This document shows positions 47,365-58,271 of a stretch of DNA of 64,000 nt, in pieces (the stretch's first letter is position 1; each line of letters opens with the position of its first letter). The notes beneath the pieces are model-generated. The model searched no databases, was not told the DNA's origin, and was given only the letters and a program-made list of their open reading frames with translations. The position numbers were made by a program, and so were the translations under genes. The stretch covers positions 202,601 through 266,600 of the forward strand of contig CACNWW010000001.1 of the NCBI GenBank assembly GCA_902624275.1. Reading direction: 5' to 3'. This DNA comes from an uncultured Fidelibacterota bacterium (GTDB taxonomy: Bacteria > Fidelibacterota > Marinisomatia > Marinisomatales > Marinisomataceae).

Positions 47365-48983
47365 ATCTAAAAAAACTTATGAATGATTTTCTTCAAGACT
47401 ATCTTAATCAAAATAAAATTAAATTTTCAGAATGGAGTATTAATATTAATAACCAGGTGGGTTTTGGAGATTATTCATCTAATATTGCGCTTAAGTTAGC
47501 AAACGTATTAAAAAAAACACCAATAGAGATTGCAAAAAATATTGCTAATCATCCAAATGTATCAGAAAATATTTTCTCTTTAAGTGCATCTAAGCCTGGC
47601 TTTGTTAACTTTCATGTTTCCAATAACTATTATCTTGAAATTTTGAAGCAAATTATTAGTGAATCAGAAAATTTTGGTAAAAAGATAAAATTAAACAAAT
47701 CGGCCAATGTGGAATTTGTTAGTAGCAACCCAACTGGCCCTCTTACTGTGGGACATGGAAGGCAGGCAATTCTTGGTGATATGGTTTCTAATATATTAAC
47801 CTGGAGTGGGTATGATGTTACAAGAGAGTATTATTACAATGATGCTGGGAAACAAATGAGGGTGCTTGCAGAATCTTGTTACGCTAAATATGCCCAACAG
47901 ATTGGCAAGGATGTAAAAATGCCTGAAAATGGATATGTTGGAACGTATTTAGATGAAATTGCTGAAAAAATAGTTTATAAATACGGTAAAGATTTAGAAT
48001 CTGATGACCCAATTTTTAGGGATTTAACCGAAAAAGAAATTTTCTCCAATATTAAAAATACTCTAGATAGTATTGGTATAAAATTTGATGTTTTTACAAA
48101 AGAAGGAACTTTTTATAAAAATGGTGCTATTGACAATGTTCTGAAAACATTAGAAGAGAAAAATCTTTCATATGAAAAAGACGGTGCAGTATGGTTCAAG
48201 ACATCTAGCTTAGACAAAGGAGAAGACAAAGTGTTGGTAAAAAGTACAGGAGAACCGACATATAGATTACCTGACATAGCATATCATGCTGATAAAATTG
48301 ATAGAGGATTTGATTTGATAGTAGATATTTTTGGTGCTGATCATATTGATACATATCCAGACGTAATATTAGGACTTAAATGTCTTGATAAAAAAACAGA
48401 TCATATCAAAGTGGTTATCCATCAATTCGTAACGATTAAAAAAGGTGGAGAAGTTGTTAAGATGTCAACAAGGAAAGCAAACTTTATAACTTTGGATGAA
48501 CTCAAAGAGAAACTAAACCCAGATATTATCAGATATTTCTTTATCATGAGAGGAGCAAATAGCCACTTAGATTTTGATTTAGATTTAGCCAAAGATGAAT
48601 CTGAAAAAAATCCTGTTTATTATCTTCAATATGCTAACGCAAGAATTTCAAATCTCTTGAAAAGATATGATTTAGAAATTTCTGCAAAAAACGACATTAA
48701 TTATTCCCTATTAAAAGAAAAAGATGAAATTGCTCTAGCAAAACTATTATCAGAATTCCCAAGTAAAATGGAAGATGTGTTACATTCACTTGAACCAAGA
48801 AAAATTGCAACTTATTTAGAAGAAGTCGCTTCAGCATATCACAAATTTTACGGTAACCATAAAGTAATTAATCCACAAAACGCTGATTTATCTTTAGCAA
48901 GAAAAAAATTATGCGAAGCAACAAAGATTATTTTAACAAATGGGTTATCAATTCTTGGGATAAGTGCCCCTGAAAGAATGTAA
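47361..48983 (+). CDS. argS: arginine--tRNA ligase
   Basis: Start ATG 47361 (ATGA overlap with the rsfS stop). SNPTGPLTVGHGR (HIGH-like), KMSTRK (KMSKS-like), C-terminal anticodon-binding DALR region. Confidence 0.9.
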   Translation: MNLKKLMNDFLQDYLNQNKIKFSEWSININNQVGFGDYSSNIALKLANVLKKTPIEIAKNIANHPNVSENIFSLSASKPGFVNFHVSNNYYLEILKQIISESENFGKKIKLNKSANVEFVSSNPTGPLTVGHGRQAILGDMVSNILTWSGYDVTREYYYNDAGKQMRVLAESCYAKYAQQIGKDVKMPENGYVGTYLDEIAEKIVYKYGKDLESDDPIFRDLTEKEIFSNIKNTLDSIGIKFDVFTKEGTFYKNGAIDNVLKTLEEKNLSYEKDGAVWFKTSSLDKGEDKVLVKSTGEPTYRLPDIAYHADKIDRGFDLIVDIFGADHIDTYPDVILGLKCLDKKTDHIKVVIHQFVTIKKGGEVVKMSTRKANFITLDELKEKLNPDIIRYFFIMRGANSHLDFDLDLAKDESEKNPVYYLQYANARISNLLKRYDLEISAKNDINYSLLKEKDEIALAKLLSEFPSKMEDVLHSLEPRKIATYLEEVASAYHKFYGNHKVINPQNADLSLARKKLCEATKIILTNGLSILGISAPERM

Positions 48984-48985
48984 AT

Positions 48986-49675
48986 ATGAGCTTATTAAGA
49001 ATCGGCCACCGGGGCTCAAAAGGGTATGTTGCAGAAAATACTCTTGAATCAATTAATCATGCTACTTCATTAGGAGTAGATGGCATCGAAATTGATATTT
49101 TTAAATGCTTGAGTGGAGAATTAGTTCTATCACATGAAAATAATTTAAAACGATTAACTGGGAAATCGGGTCAATTGGAAGATTTAACTCTAGAAGAGCT
49201 TAAAGAATTTTTAGTGCTAGGAAAGTATAAAATTCCTACACTAAAAGATGTTTTAATGAAAATTCAGAAACCGCTTTTTTTAAATATAGAGCTTAAAGGG
49301 TTAGATACAGCAAAAGCCACATCTAAAATTATTGAAGATTTCTCTAAAAGCACCTCATGGAGCATAGATAACTTTATTGTTTCGAGCTTTCATTTTAATG
49401 AACTCGAAGAATTTAGATACATAAATAAAAATACTCCAGTTGGTGTACTTGTCAGTAATTCAATGAGCATAAACGAAGCTATTAAATTTGGCAAAAAAAT
49501 CAATGCGCAGGGTATACACCCTAATTATAGACTACTTAACGATAAAACAGTTGAAAAAATTAAAAATAACGATTTTAAAATTTACACATGGACCGTGAAT
49601 AATAAAGATGATATTAATTTTATGAAAAAATTAAAAGTTGATGGAATTATATCAGATTATCCCGATAGAATTTAA
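48986..49675 (+). CDS. glycerophosphodiester phosphodiesterase
   Basis: 229 aa. GHRG...ENTLES...GIEIDI GDPD catalytic motifs. Confidence 0.75.
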   Translation: MSLLRIGHRGSKGYVAENTLESINHATSLGVDGIEIDIFKCLSGELVLSHENNLKRLTGKSGQLEDLTLEELKEFLVLGKYKIPTLKDVLMKIQKPLFLNIELKGLDTAKATSKIIEDFSKSTSWSIDNFIVSSFHFNELEEFRYINKNTPVGVLVSNSMSINEAIKFGKKINAQGIHPNYRLLNDKTVEKIKNNDFKIYTWTVNNKDDINFMKKLKVDGIISDYPDRI

Positions 49676-49682
49676 TATAAAG

Positions 49683-50028
49683 TGGAGGCGGGGAGATTCG
49701 AACTCCCGTCCAAAGTAGAGAAAAAGTAGACATCTACATGTTTAGTTTCTTGATTATGTTTCACTAAATAGCTGTACAAGAACAGACAGGTATATAGCAA
49801 TCTTCTAAGGGTTCGCTTATTTAACCGAAGCAGAAAAAATAGGCTATCTCATTTTTATGACACCATTCAGCGAACGATGAGAAACGTCTACTGATGATGG
49901 GCTTTAGCAATTAAGCAAAAGCCATTTGGCCATTATCGGCACTTAATATAGGTTAGAAGTTTTAAGAGGTACTAAGCTCTACATGCAATCTAAGATTTCA
50001 TTCTAAAATGTCGAAACCGGTCGCCCCC
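49683..50028 (-). ncRNA. ssrA: tmRNA (transfer-messenger RNA)
   Basis: Minus strand reads 5' GGGGGCGACCGGTTTCGAC ... GGGAGTTCGAATCTCCCCGCCTCCA 3'. Acceptor GGGGGCG/CGCCTCC with G3:U pair. T-arm GGGAG-TTCGAAT-CTCCC. Internal tag ORF GCC GAT AAT GGC CAA ATG GCT TTT GCT TAA at 49940-49911. Confidence 0.85.
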
Positions 50029-50070
50029 AATTTTCAAATAAGACAGAAAATACAACACATTATGGAAACA

Positions 50071-50105
50071 AAAAAGGCTCTGTAGCGCCAACCCCAGAGC
50101 CTTTT
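50071..50105. terminator. A-tract/hairpin/T-tract element (bidirectional terminator-like) whose stem copies the tRNA-Phe acceptor stem
   Basis: AAAAA-GGCTCTG-tagcgccaaccc-CAGAGCC-TTTT. 7-bp GC-rich stem at 50076-50082/50095-50101, extendable by A:T pairs. Confidence 0.5.
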
Positions 50106-50273
50106 CGATTGCTTGTATTTGCTTACAATAATCTAATTTTAGACTCCCCCAAACTAATAATAATTTTTTCAATTGGTCAATATATTTTATCTGAAATTTG
50201 AAAAAAAATTTTAAAAAATGACTTTTTATGAGTAATAATTTAAATTTTATAGTTTATATTTTAAGCTAGTTTT

Positions 50274-50345
50274 GCCTCCGTAGCTCAATGGTAGAGCAGG
50301 GGCCTTTTAAGCCCTTGGTTGTAGGTTCGAGTCCTTCCGGGGGTA
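50274..50345 (+). tRNA. tRNA-Lys (anticodon UUU)
   Basis: 72 nt. Acceptor GCCTCCG/CGGGGGT (two G:U), D-arm GCTCAATGGTAGAGC, anticodon stem-loop GGGGC-CTTTTAA-GCCCT, T-loop TTCGAGT, discriminator A. One U:U mismatch in the T-stem. Confidence 0.9.
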
Positions 50346-50371
50346 CTATTTTTGGGAAATATTTCTGAACT

Positions 50372-53191
50372 ATGTCTGAATTTCATAATAAACATATCGG
50401 TCCTTCACAGAAAGAAATTGAAGAAATGTTACAATATCTTGATTGCAACAGTCTCAATGATCTTCTAGATAAGATTGTGCCTAAAAATATTCTTGATATA
50501 GATGACATGTCAATTGGAAATGAAGTATTCTCAGAAAATGATATTTTAAATCACGTTAAAAATATTGGTACTAATAATAAAGTCCATAGATCTTTAATTG
50601 GCCAAGGGTATTATGATACCATTACTCCAAACGTTATTTTAAGAAATGTACTTGAGAATCCAGGCTGGTATACACAATATACCCCATATCAACCTGAAAT
50701 CTCTCAAGGTAGATTAGAAGCTCTTTTAAACTATCAAACAATGATTACTCAAATTACTGCTTTACCAATTGCTAATGCATCCCTTTTAGATGAAGGAACT
50801 GCAGCAAGTGAAGCAATGTTAATGCTTTATCGAAAAAATAAATCTGAAAAAACGCAATTTTTAGTTGATAGAGAATGTTTTCAACAAACTATAGACGTCA
50901 TTACTTCAAGAGCTGAGCCATTAAATATTGAAATCATTGTAACAGACTTTAACAATTTTGATTTTACCAATGCTTTTGGTTGTATTGTACAATATCCAAA
51001 TAAATATGGACAAATCTCATCTGACAAAGATTACAAACGCGTTGTATCAGACGCACATAGTTCAAATTGTAAGGTCATCTTTGCGAGCGATCTAATGTGC
51101 CTCCAGCTTTTTGAAGCTCCAGGTAATTTAGGAGCTGACATTGCTGTTGGTAATAGCCAGCGTTTTGGAGTACCGCTTGGATACGGCGGACCTCATGCGG
51201 CATTTATGTCTACAAGCGAAGAATTCAAAAGAGATATCCCAGGTAGAATTGTTGGCGTATCGCAAGACCGTAGGGGAAATCAAGCTTATAGGCTTACACT
51301 CCAAACCAGGGAACAGCATATTCGAAGAGAAAAAGCAACTTCAAATATTTGTACAGCTCAAGTATTACTTGCTATCATTTCAGGAATGTATGCATTATTT
51401 CATGGTCCAGATAATTTAAAAAATATTGCAAGAAGAATTCATAGTCACACTAAAGAACTTGCCGATAAAATTGCAAAATTAGGTCATGAAGTTGTAACTA
51501 ATGATAATTCATTTTTTGATACAATAGTAATCAAATTATCGAATATGAGTGTTGATAGTTTAAAAGATAAGGCGTTAAAGCATAATTTTAATTTGATGTA
51601 TCATGATAATGGACTTATTGGTATCTCTTTAGATGAGAAAACAGATTTTAGTGAAGTTGAGGTGCTTGCAAATCTATTTGATGTGCATAATGATTCTAAA
51701 AATTCTTACAATATTTTTAAACCAAATAGAGCCGGAGATATTTTAACTCATCCTATTTTTCATAGCATTAATTCTGAAACAGAAATGCTTAGATATATCA
51801 ATAAATTAGAAAAAAGAGATCTTTCTTTGAACTATAGCATGATACCGCTAGGGTCTTGTACTATGAAGCTGAATGCGACTGTTGAAATGATTCCAATTAG
51901 CTGGCCGGAATTTAATTCTATCCACCCTTTTGCACCATTAAGTCAGGCTAAGGGTTATGAAAAAATCATTAATGAGCTAGAGGAAATGCTATATAAAGTT
52001 ACTGGATTTGATGCCGTATCATTTCAACCAAATTCTGGTGCTCAAGGAGAATATGCTGGATTATTGAGTATTAGAGAATATCATAAAGCAAATGATTCAA
52101 AAAGAGATATTTGTCTAATACCTGAATCAGCCCATGGGACAAATCCTGCAAGTGCAATAATGGCTGGACTTAAAGTTGTGATAGTAAAATGTGATGACCA
52201 TGGAAATATAGATTTTAAAGATTTAAGCGCAAAAGTTGATGAGGCTGGTGACAGGTTGTCATCATTAATGGTTACTTATCCTTCAACCCATGGTGTATTT
52301 GAACATAACATTGATGAAATATGTAATTTAATTCACGAAAATGGTGGCTTAGTCTACATGGATGGAGCCAACTTGAACGCCATGGTTGGTGTATGTAAAC
52401 CAGGTAAATTTGGAGCTGATGTTATGCACATTAATCTTCACAAAACTTTTTGTATACCGCATGGTGGAGGGGGTCCAGGTATGGGTCCAATTTGTGTGAA
52501 TGAAAAATTAAAGCCACATCTTCCAAAACATAGTTTTACTGATGAAGATTTTTCTTACTCTGTGTCGTCATCACCATTTGGTAGTGCAAGTATTCTATTA
52601 ATTTCCTACATATATATGAAATTAATGGCAGCAAACGGTTTATTAAAAGCATCCCAAGTTGCAATTTTATCTGCCAACTATATGGCTAAGAGACTTGAAA
52701 ATGATTATAGCATTTTATATCGAGGTAAGAGCGGATTAAATGCGCATGAGTTCATTGTTGATTGTAGATCATTTAAATCCACTGCTAATATTACCAATGA
52801 AGATATTGCTAAAAGATTAATTGATTATGGGTTTCATGCTCCTACTATGTCTTGGCCTATTCCAGGAACACTAATGATTGAACCAACTGAGAGCGAAACA
52901 AAATATGAGCTTGATAAATTTTGTGATGCTATGATTGCAATTAAAAAAGAAATTATTGAAATAGAATCAGGTAAAATGCCTCAAGAAGACAATGTCTTAG
53001 TTAATTCTCCACATACTGTACACGATATTTGCGATGATTGGAATCACCCTTATTCAAAAGAAAGTGCGGTTTTCCCTACCCAATGGAATAAAGAAAATAA
53101 GTTTTGGCCATATGTTTCTAGAATAGATAATGCCTTTGGGGATAGAAATTTTTTCTGTGTATGCCCGGACATAGATTCTTATAAAGAATAA
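50372..53191 (+). CDS. gcvP: glycine dehydrogenase (decarboxylating), single-chain P protein
   Basis: 939 aa. YTPYQPEISQGRLEALLN, PLP-lysine region NLHKTFCIPHGGGGPG. Confidence 0.9.
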   Translation: MSEFHNKHIGPSQKEIEEMLQYLDCNSLNDLLDKIVPKNILDIDDMSIGNEVFSENDILNHVKNIGTNNKVHRSLIGQGYYDTITPNVILRNVLENPGWYTQYTPYQPEISQGRLEALLNYQTMITQITALPIANASLLDEGTAASEAMLMLYRKNKSEKTQFLVDRECFQQTIDVITSRAEPLNIEIIVTDFNNFDFTNAFGCIVQYPNKYGQISSDKDYKRVVSDAHSSNCKVIFASDLMCLQLFEAPGNLGADIAVGNSQRFGVPLGYGGPHAAFMSTSEEFKRDIPGRIVGVSQDRRGNQAYRLTLQTREQHIRREKATSNICTAQVLLAIISGMYALFHGPDNLKNIARRIHSHTKELADKIAKLGHEVVTNDNSFFDTIVIKLSNMSVDSLKDKALKHNFNLMYHDNGLIGISLDEKTDFSEVEVLANLFDVHNDSKNSYNIFKPNRAGDILTHPIFHSINSETEMLRYINKLEKRDLSLNYSMIPLGSCTMKLNATVEMIPISWPEFNSIHPFAPLSQAKGYEKIINELEEMLYKVTGFDAVSFQPNSGAQGEYAGLLSIREYHKANDSKRDICLIPESAHGTNPASAIMAGLKVVIVKCDDHGNIDFKDLSAKVDEAGDRLSSLMVTYPSTHGVFEHNIDEICNLIHENGGLVYMDGANLNAMVGVCKPGKFGADVMHINLHKTFCIPHGGGGPGMGPICVNEKLKPHLPKHSFTDEDFSYSVSSSPFGSASILLISYIYMKLMAANGLLKASQVAILSANYMAKRLENDYSILYRGKSGLNAHEFIVDCRSFKSTANITNEDIAKRLIDYGFHAPTMSWPIPGTLMIEPTESETKYELDKFCDAMIAIKKEIIEIESGKMPQEDNVLVNSPHTVHDICDDWNHPYSKESAVFPTQWNKENKFWPYVSRIDNAFGDRNFFCVCPDIDSYKE

Positions 53192-53196
53192 AAATT

Positions 53197-56100
53197 CTAT
53201 TTAAAATATTCTTGAAGTGCTTTCACGCTAATTTTGTTTAAATGTTTCATAGAATCAATAGCGGCTCTTGCCCCTGGAAGCGTAGTAATAGTTAAAATAT
53301 TTTTCATGACTGACGTTTTCCCAATCGCTTCTTCATCAAATCTTGATTGTGGCCCTTCAGGTGTATTGATTACTAATTGAATATTATCATTTAAAATCTC
53401 ATCAACAACATTCGGTCTTCCTTCACCAACTTTAAACATATCATCGCACAAAATACCTTGTTCATTGAGAAAACTGCATGTACCCTTTGTAGCAACAAGG
53501 TTAAAGCCTAATCCCATTAAATTTTTTGCTATTGGAACAAGTCCTGCCCTATCTGTTTGATTAACTGATAAAAAAGCTGTTCCTTGTTTAGGAACATTAT
53601 ACCCATCTGACTTCATCGCTTTTAAGAAAGCGCTACCTGTGCTCATATCAATACCCATTACCTCTCCAGTGGATTTCATTTCAGGGCCTAAAAAGACTTT
53701 TTCATCTTTAAACTTTTTAAATGGTAAGACTGCTTTCTTTACAGCATAATGTTCAAAATTATTTTCTTTCAATTTGAAGTCATTTAATGATTTACCAACT
53801 GAAATTTGTGCGGCTATATTGGCCAATGGAACGTTGCTATATTTACTGACAAAAGGCACTGTGCGGCTTGATCTTGGGTTTACCTCTAAAACATAGACTT
53901 TGTCATCTTTTACAGCAAATTGAAGGTTAATTAAACCTACCACTTTAAGCTCTAGTGCTAATTTAGCTGTAATAGTTTCAATTTCTTTTTTAACGGCATC
54001 ACTTACTTCGTATGGGGGAATAACACATGAAGAATCTCCAGAATGAACTCCAGCTTCTTCAATATGTTGCATAATTCCTCCAATAAAAACTTCTTCTCCA
54101 TCACAAAGCGCATCCACATCAAACTCAAATGCATTTTCAATAAATTGATCAATTAAAATTGGGTGATCATTTGTGGCTTCAGCAGATCTAAATACGTAAT
54201 CCACCAATTGCTCTTTAGAATAAACAATTTGCATTGCTCTACCACCCAATACAAAACTTGGTCTTACTAATACAGGAAAGTTGGCAGTTTCAGCATAACT
54301 ATAAATGTCATCATAATTTTTTGCTATACAATACTCAGGAGTTAATATTTTTAGTTTATCAATTACCTTAGCAAACTCTTCTCTATTTTCAGAAAGATTA
54401 ATACTTTCGGATGATGTACCATATATTTTGATTCCAGCGGAGGCAAGTTGATTAGCAATTTTTAATGGTGTTTGTCCTCCAAATTGCACTAATACGCCAT
54501 CTGGCTTTTCAAAATTAATAATATTCATAATATCTTCGAATGTTATTGGTTCAAAATAAAGTCTATCAGCTAAATCAAAATCAGTTGAGACAGTTTCTGG
54601 ATTACAATTAACCATTATTGATTTATAACCGGCTTCTCTCAAACCAAACACCGCTTGGACACAACAATAATCAAATTCAATACCTTGACCAATCCTATTT
54701 GGCCCACCTCCTAAAATCATAATTTTTTTACCTTCAAGAGGTTGTAAATCATTTTCTGATTCATATGTGGAATATGAATAAGGGGTTTCAGCTTCAAATT
54801 CCCCTGCGCAAGTATCTACTAATTTGTAGACAGGTTTAATCCCTTGATTAATTCTCATTTGCTGTACTTCATTTTCGGATAAATGGTTTAAGCGGGCTAT
54901 TTGTAAATCTGAAAATCCATTCTTTTTTAAAAATTCTAAATTCTCTATTGAAGAATACTCTTTTTCAATATTAACTATTTCTTGAATTTCTGTTAAGAAC
55001 CATGGATCAATACCAGTATTTTTATGAATTTCCTCAATTGAAAATTCCTGCTTAATAGCTTCTTTGACTTTTAACATTCTAAATGCACTGCCATCATTTA
55101 AAGATTTTATATCTAGCTCTCTAAATCTCTTAATATCTAAATCTTCATCTCGAGGATCTTTTGTTTCAAATCCTGGCAAATTGAGCTCCAGAGAGCGGAA
55201 AGCTTTTTGAAATGATTCCCTAAATGTCCTTCCTATAGCCATCGCTTCACCAACAGACTGCATTTGTACGCCAAGTTTTCCAGAAGCTGATGAAAATTTT
55301 TCAAAATCAAATCTTGGCAGTTTTGTAACTATGTAATCAATTGTTGGTTCAAACGCCGCCAATGTCCTGTTGGTTATATCATTTTTCAACTCATCTAGAG
55401 AATATCCAACTGCAAGTTTAGCAGCAATTTTTGCTATAGGAAATCCTGTAGCTTTTGATGCTAATGCAGAAGACCTACTCACTCTTGGATTCATTTCAAT
55501 AATTACCATTCTTCCATCGACTGGGTTAACTGCGAATTGGACATTTGAACCTCCGGTATCCACGCCTATTTTTCTAATACATTTTATAGCTGCATTTCGC
55601 ATTAATTGAAACTCTTTATCGCTTAATGTCATTGCGGGTGCTATTGTAATAGAATCACCAGTATGTATACCCATTGGATCAATATTTTCAATTGAGCAAA
55701 TGATAATAACATTATCATTTAAGTCTCGTATGAGCTCTAATTCATATTCTTTCCAACCATTTAAGTATTCTTCAACAAGAACTTGACCCGTAGGGCTTTC
55801 TTTCAAACCTTTATTTACTGATGCTTCAAATTCTTCTTCATTATATGCAACAGAACCACCTGAACCGCCCAAGGTAAATGAAGGTCTGATAATAGCTGGT
55901 AGGGAGATTTTATTTAATAACTTTTTAGCCTCTTCTAACGATTTAACAGTATATCCGTATGGTAAATCAAGACCAATTTCTAACATTGCCTCCTTAAACA
56001 TTTCTCTGCTTTCAGCAGTTTCAATAGCTTTCCTGTTAGCTCCAATGAGTTCAACATTATACTTTTTAAGAATTCCTTCTTCATCTAACTTCATGGCAAC

Positions 56101-56391
56101 GTTTAAAGCTGTTTGACCCCCCACTGTAGGCAAAATAGCGTCTGGTTTTTCCTTTTTTATTATTGCTTCAACGTATTCTGCAGAAATAGGCTCAATATAG
56201 GTTTTATCCGAAAATTGAGGATCTGTCATGATTGTAGCTGGGTTAGAATTAATTAATACAACTCGATAGCCTTCTTCTTTTAAAGCCTTAATAGCTTGTG
56301 TCCCTGAATAATCAAATTCACACCCCTGGCCAATAACAATTGGTCCAGCACCTATTACTAAAATAGTGTTTATATCTTTACGTTTTGGCAT
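53197..56391 (-). CDS. carB: carbamoyl-phosphate synthase large subunit
   Basis: 1064 aa. Duplicated ATP-grasp halves, [35 protein letters not shown]-terminal MGS-like domain. Confidence 0.95.
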   Translation of the reverse strand: MPKRKDINTILVIGAGPIVIGQGCEFDYSGTQAIKALKEEGYRVVLINSNPATIMTDPQFSDKTYIEPISAEYVEAIIKKEKPDAILPTVGGQTALNVAMKLDEEGILKKYNVELIGANRKAIETAESREMFKEAMLEIGLDLPYGYTVKSLEEAKKLLNKISLPAIIRPSFTLGGSGGSVAYNEEEFEASVNKGLKESPTGQVLVEEYLNGWKEYELELIRDLNDNVIIICSIENIDPMGIHTGDSITIAPAMTLSDKEFQLMRNAAIKCIRKIGVDTGGSNVQFAVNPVDGRMVIIEMNPRVSRSSALASKATGFPIAKIAAKLAVGYSLDELKNDITNRTLAAFEPTIDYIVTKLPRFDFEKFSSASGKLGVQMQSVGEAMAIGRTFRESFQKAFRSLELNLPGFETKDPRDEDLDIKRFRELDIKSLNDGSAFRMLKVKEAIKQEFSIEEIHKNTGIDPWFLTEIQEIVNIEKEYSSIENLEFLKKNGFSDLQIARLNHLSENEVQQMRINQGIKPVYKLVDTCAGEFEAETPYSYSTYESENDLQPLEGKKIMILGGGPNRIGQGIEFDYCCVQAVFGLREAGYKSIMVNCNPETVSTDFDLADRLYFEPITFEDIMNIINFEKPDGVLVQFGGQTPLKIANQLASAGIKIYGTSSESINLSENREEFAKVIDKLKILTPEYCIAKNYDDIYSYAETANFPVLVRPSFVLGGRAMQIVYSKEQLVDYVFRSAEATNDHPILIDQFIENAFEFDVDALCDGEEVFIGGIMQHIEEAGVHSGDSSCVIPPYEVSDAVKKEIETITAKLALELKVVGLINLQFAVKDDKVYVLEVNPRSSRTVPFVSKYSNVPLANIAAQISVGKSLNDFKLKENNFEHYAVKKAVLPFKKFKDEKVFLGPEMKSTGEVMGIDMSTGSAFLKAMKSDGYNVPKQGTAFLSVNQTDRAGLVPIAKNLMGLGFNLVATKGTCSFLNEQGILCDDMFKVGEGRPNVVDEILNDNIQLVINTPEGPQSRFDEEAIGKTSVMKNILTITTLPGARAAIDSMKHLNKISVKALQEYFK

Positions 56392-57478
56392 TGTTCTTCA
56401 TCATATTAAAAAATTCTTGAAAAATATATCTTGAATCATGTGGTCCTGGACTGGCTTCAGGATGATATTGAACTGAATATGCTGAAATATCATTGCAGCT
56501 TATCCCCGCAACAGTATCGTCATTTAAATGTTTATGCGTAACGGTCACATTTGATGGAAGAGAATCTTCGTCAACAGCAAATCCATGATTTTGAGATGTA
56601 ATTTCAACTTTGTTTGTAATTAAGTTTTTAACTGGTTGATTAATACCCCTATGACCAAACTTCATTTTGAACGTATTAGCACCTAATGCTAAAGCTAGAA
56701 TCTGATGCCCAAGACATATTCCAAATATAGGTTTTTTACCTAACAAATTTTTTACCGTTTCTATTCCATATGTCACAGCAGCAGGGTCTCCAGGTCCATT
56801 TGATAAAAACACACCATCTGGATTAGAAGCAAGTATTTCATCGTGGGAAATATTTGCTGGGAAAATTTCAACTTCGGCATCGTGTTTAAGCATAATGTCA
56901 TATATATTGCTTTTCATGCCAAAATCAATTGCCGCAATTTTATAAGTGGGATTATCAGTATTTGATAAAACCACTTTTTTCTTTCTGGCAACTTTAATTG
57001 CTAAGTCTAGACCTTCCATTTTAGGAATATTCTTAATTTTGCTGGCCAAATTATGAACGTCAAAATCTTCCGTTGACATAATTCCTCTCATTGCACCTTT
57101 TTTTCTTATGTGAATAGTTAATGCTCTAGTGTCAATATCTTGAATGCCAACTATATTATGTTTTGTTAAAAAAGATGATAGAGATTCTTCAGACCTCCAA
57201 TTTGAAGGTTGTATAGATTCGCTCTTAATTATAAAGCCTGTAGCATAAACTTTTTCAGATTCGGTATCGCTATTATTTGTCCCATAATTTCCTATATGTG
57301 GACTGCTCATTACAATCATCTGATTAGAATATGAAGGATCAGTTAAAATTTCTTGATACCCGGTCATTCCAGTATTAAAGCAAACTTCACCGAAAGTTTC
57401 TCCACTTTTACCAAGACTTTTTCCGATAAAAAAAAGGCCATCCTCTAGAAACAGGATAGCCTTTTTTAATTTTTGCAT
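56378..57478 (-). CDS. carA: carbamoyl-phosphate synthase small subunit (glutamine amidotransferase)
   Basis: 366 aa. GICLGHQ catalytic Cys, [19 protein letters not shown]. 14-nt overlap with carB. Confidence 0.9.
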   Translation of the reverse strand: MQKLKKAILFLEDGLFFIGKSLGKSGETFGEVCFNTGMTGYQEILTDPSYSNQMIVMSSPHIGNYGTNNSDTESEKVYATGFIIKSESIQPSNWRSEESLSSFLTKHNIVGIQDIDTRALTIHIRKKGAMRGIMSTEDFDVHNLASKIKNIPKMEGLDLAIKVARKKKVVLSNTDNPTYKIAAIDFGMKSNIYDIMLKHDAEVEIFPANISHDEILASNPDGVFLSNGPGDPAAVTYGIETVKNLLGKKPIFGICLGHQILALALGANTFKMKFGHRGINQPVKNLITNKVEITSQNHGFAVDEDSLPSNVTVTHKHLNDDTVAGISCNDISAYSVQYHPEASPGPHDSRYIFQEFFNMMKNNAKT

Positions 57479-57506
57479 GGCCTATTTTAAATCAATTAAA
57501 CAAAAA

Positions 57507-58271
57507 TTAAAACCTAATTTTTTTCCCTGTTGACATAAGTACAACCGCCATTACTGTTGTTGCAATAGTAAATACAACTAAAAAGATAGATGCTCCCAAA
57601 AATGAAGCATCTGAAACACCGAGCGTTGCTTCTCGTAATGCGCTAATTGCATAATAAATTGGATTTACTTGGCTTAAAGTCATAGCCCAACCAGGAAGCA
57701 TTTTAATGGAATAAAATATTCCTCCTAGGAAACTAAACGGTGTAATAACAAAATTTTGTATTAGCGCAAGCTGATCCCAGGAATCAGATAGCTGTCCAAC
57801 AAAAAGACCTAGACTTGAAAATGACCATGATACTAAAAGAATAAAAAATAATGTAAGGGGTAGGTTCAAAATAGGCATTCCTGCTAGCCAACAAATCAAA
57901 AGAATTAAAATTCCATTAACAAATCCTCTTATAGCGCCTCCAATTATAAATGATAATGATAATTCAAGACTGGAAAGTGGAGTAATCAAAAGCTCAGGAA
58001 GAGTTTGAAGTAATTTCATTTGCAACATTGAAGAGGCAGAATTTGCAACTGCGTTAGTAATAACGTTCATCATTAGTAAACCTGGTAAGATATATATTTT
58101 GTATGAAACACCACCTATCTCACTGATTCTATTTTCTAGAGCTACTCCAAAAACAAAGATATATAATAAAGTAGTCACTATTCCTGGTATTATAGTTTGT
58201 CTCCAAACGGAGAAAAAACGCATAATTTCTCTCGAGGAAAGAGTATAAAAACCAACCCAATTTTTAATCAT
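57507..58271 (-). CDS. ABC-2 type transporter permease (YadH-like)
   Basis: 254 aa with 6 TM helices. 8-nt overlap with the upstream ATPase gene. Confidence 0.7.
   Translation of the reverse strand: MIKNWVGFYTLSSREIMRFFSVWRQTIIPGIVTTLLYIFVFGVALENRISEIGGVSYKIYILPGLLMMNVITNAVANSASSMLQMKLLQTLPELLITPLSSLELSLSFIIGGAIRGFVNGILILLICWLAGMPILNLPLTLFFILLVSWSFSSLGLFVGQLSDSWDQLALIQNFVITPFSFLGGIFYSIKMLPGWAMTLSQVNPIYYAISALREATLGVSDASFLGASIFLVVFTIATTVMAVVLMSTGKKIRF

Noticed and set aside
49990-50172. 60-aa minus-strand ORF spanning the ssrA 5' end and the upstream hairpin.
   Set aside because: It has a TTG start, runs through the tmRNA acceptor/5' region and the terminator-like hairpin, and has no coding features. 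It is an artefact of ORF calling over RNA-gene DNA.
49676-50345. tmRNA and tRNA-Lys (and tRNA-Phe at 12325) as possible genomic-island integration sites.
   Set aside because: There is no integrase, no direct repeat of a tRNA or tmRNA 3' end of useful length, and the flanking genes are housekeeping. The only tRNA-like fragment is the 26-nt minihelix, which is reported separately.
50346-50371. Looked for a glycine riboswitch or other leader upstream of gcvP.
   Set aside because: Only 26 nt separate tRNA-Lys from the gcvP ATG, which is far too short for a glycine riboswitch. gcvP here is also not accompanied by gcvT or gcvH. There is nothing to report beyond the tight tRNA-gcvP spacing.
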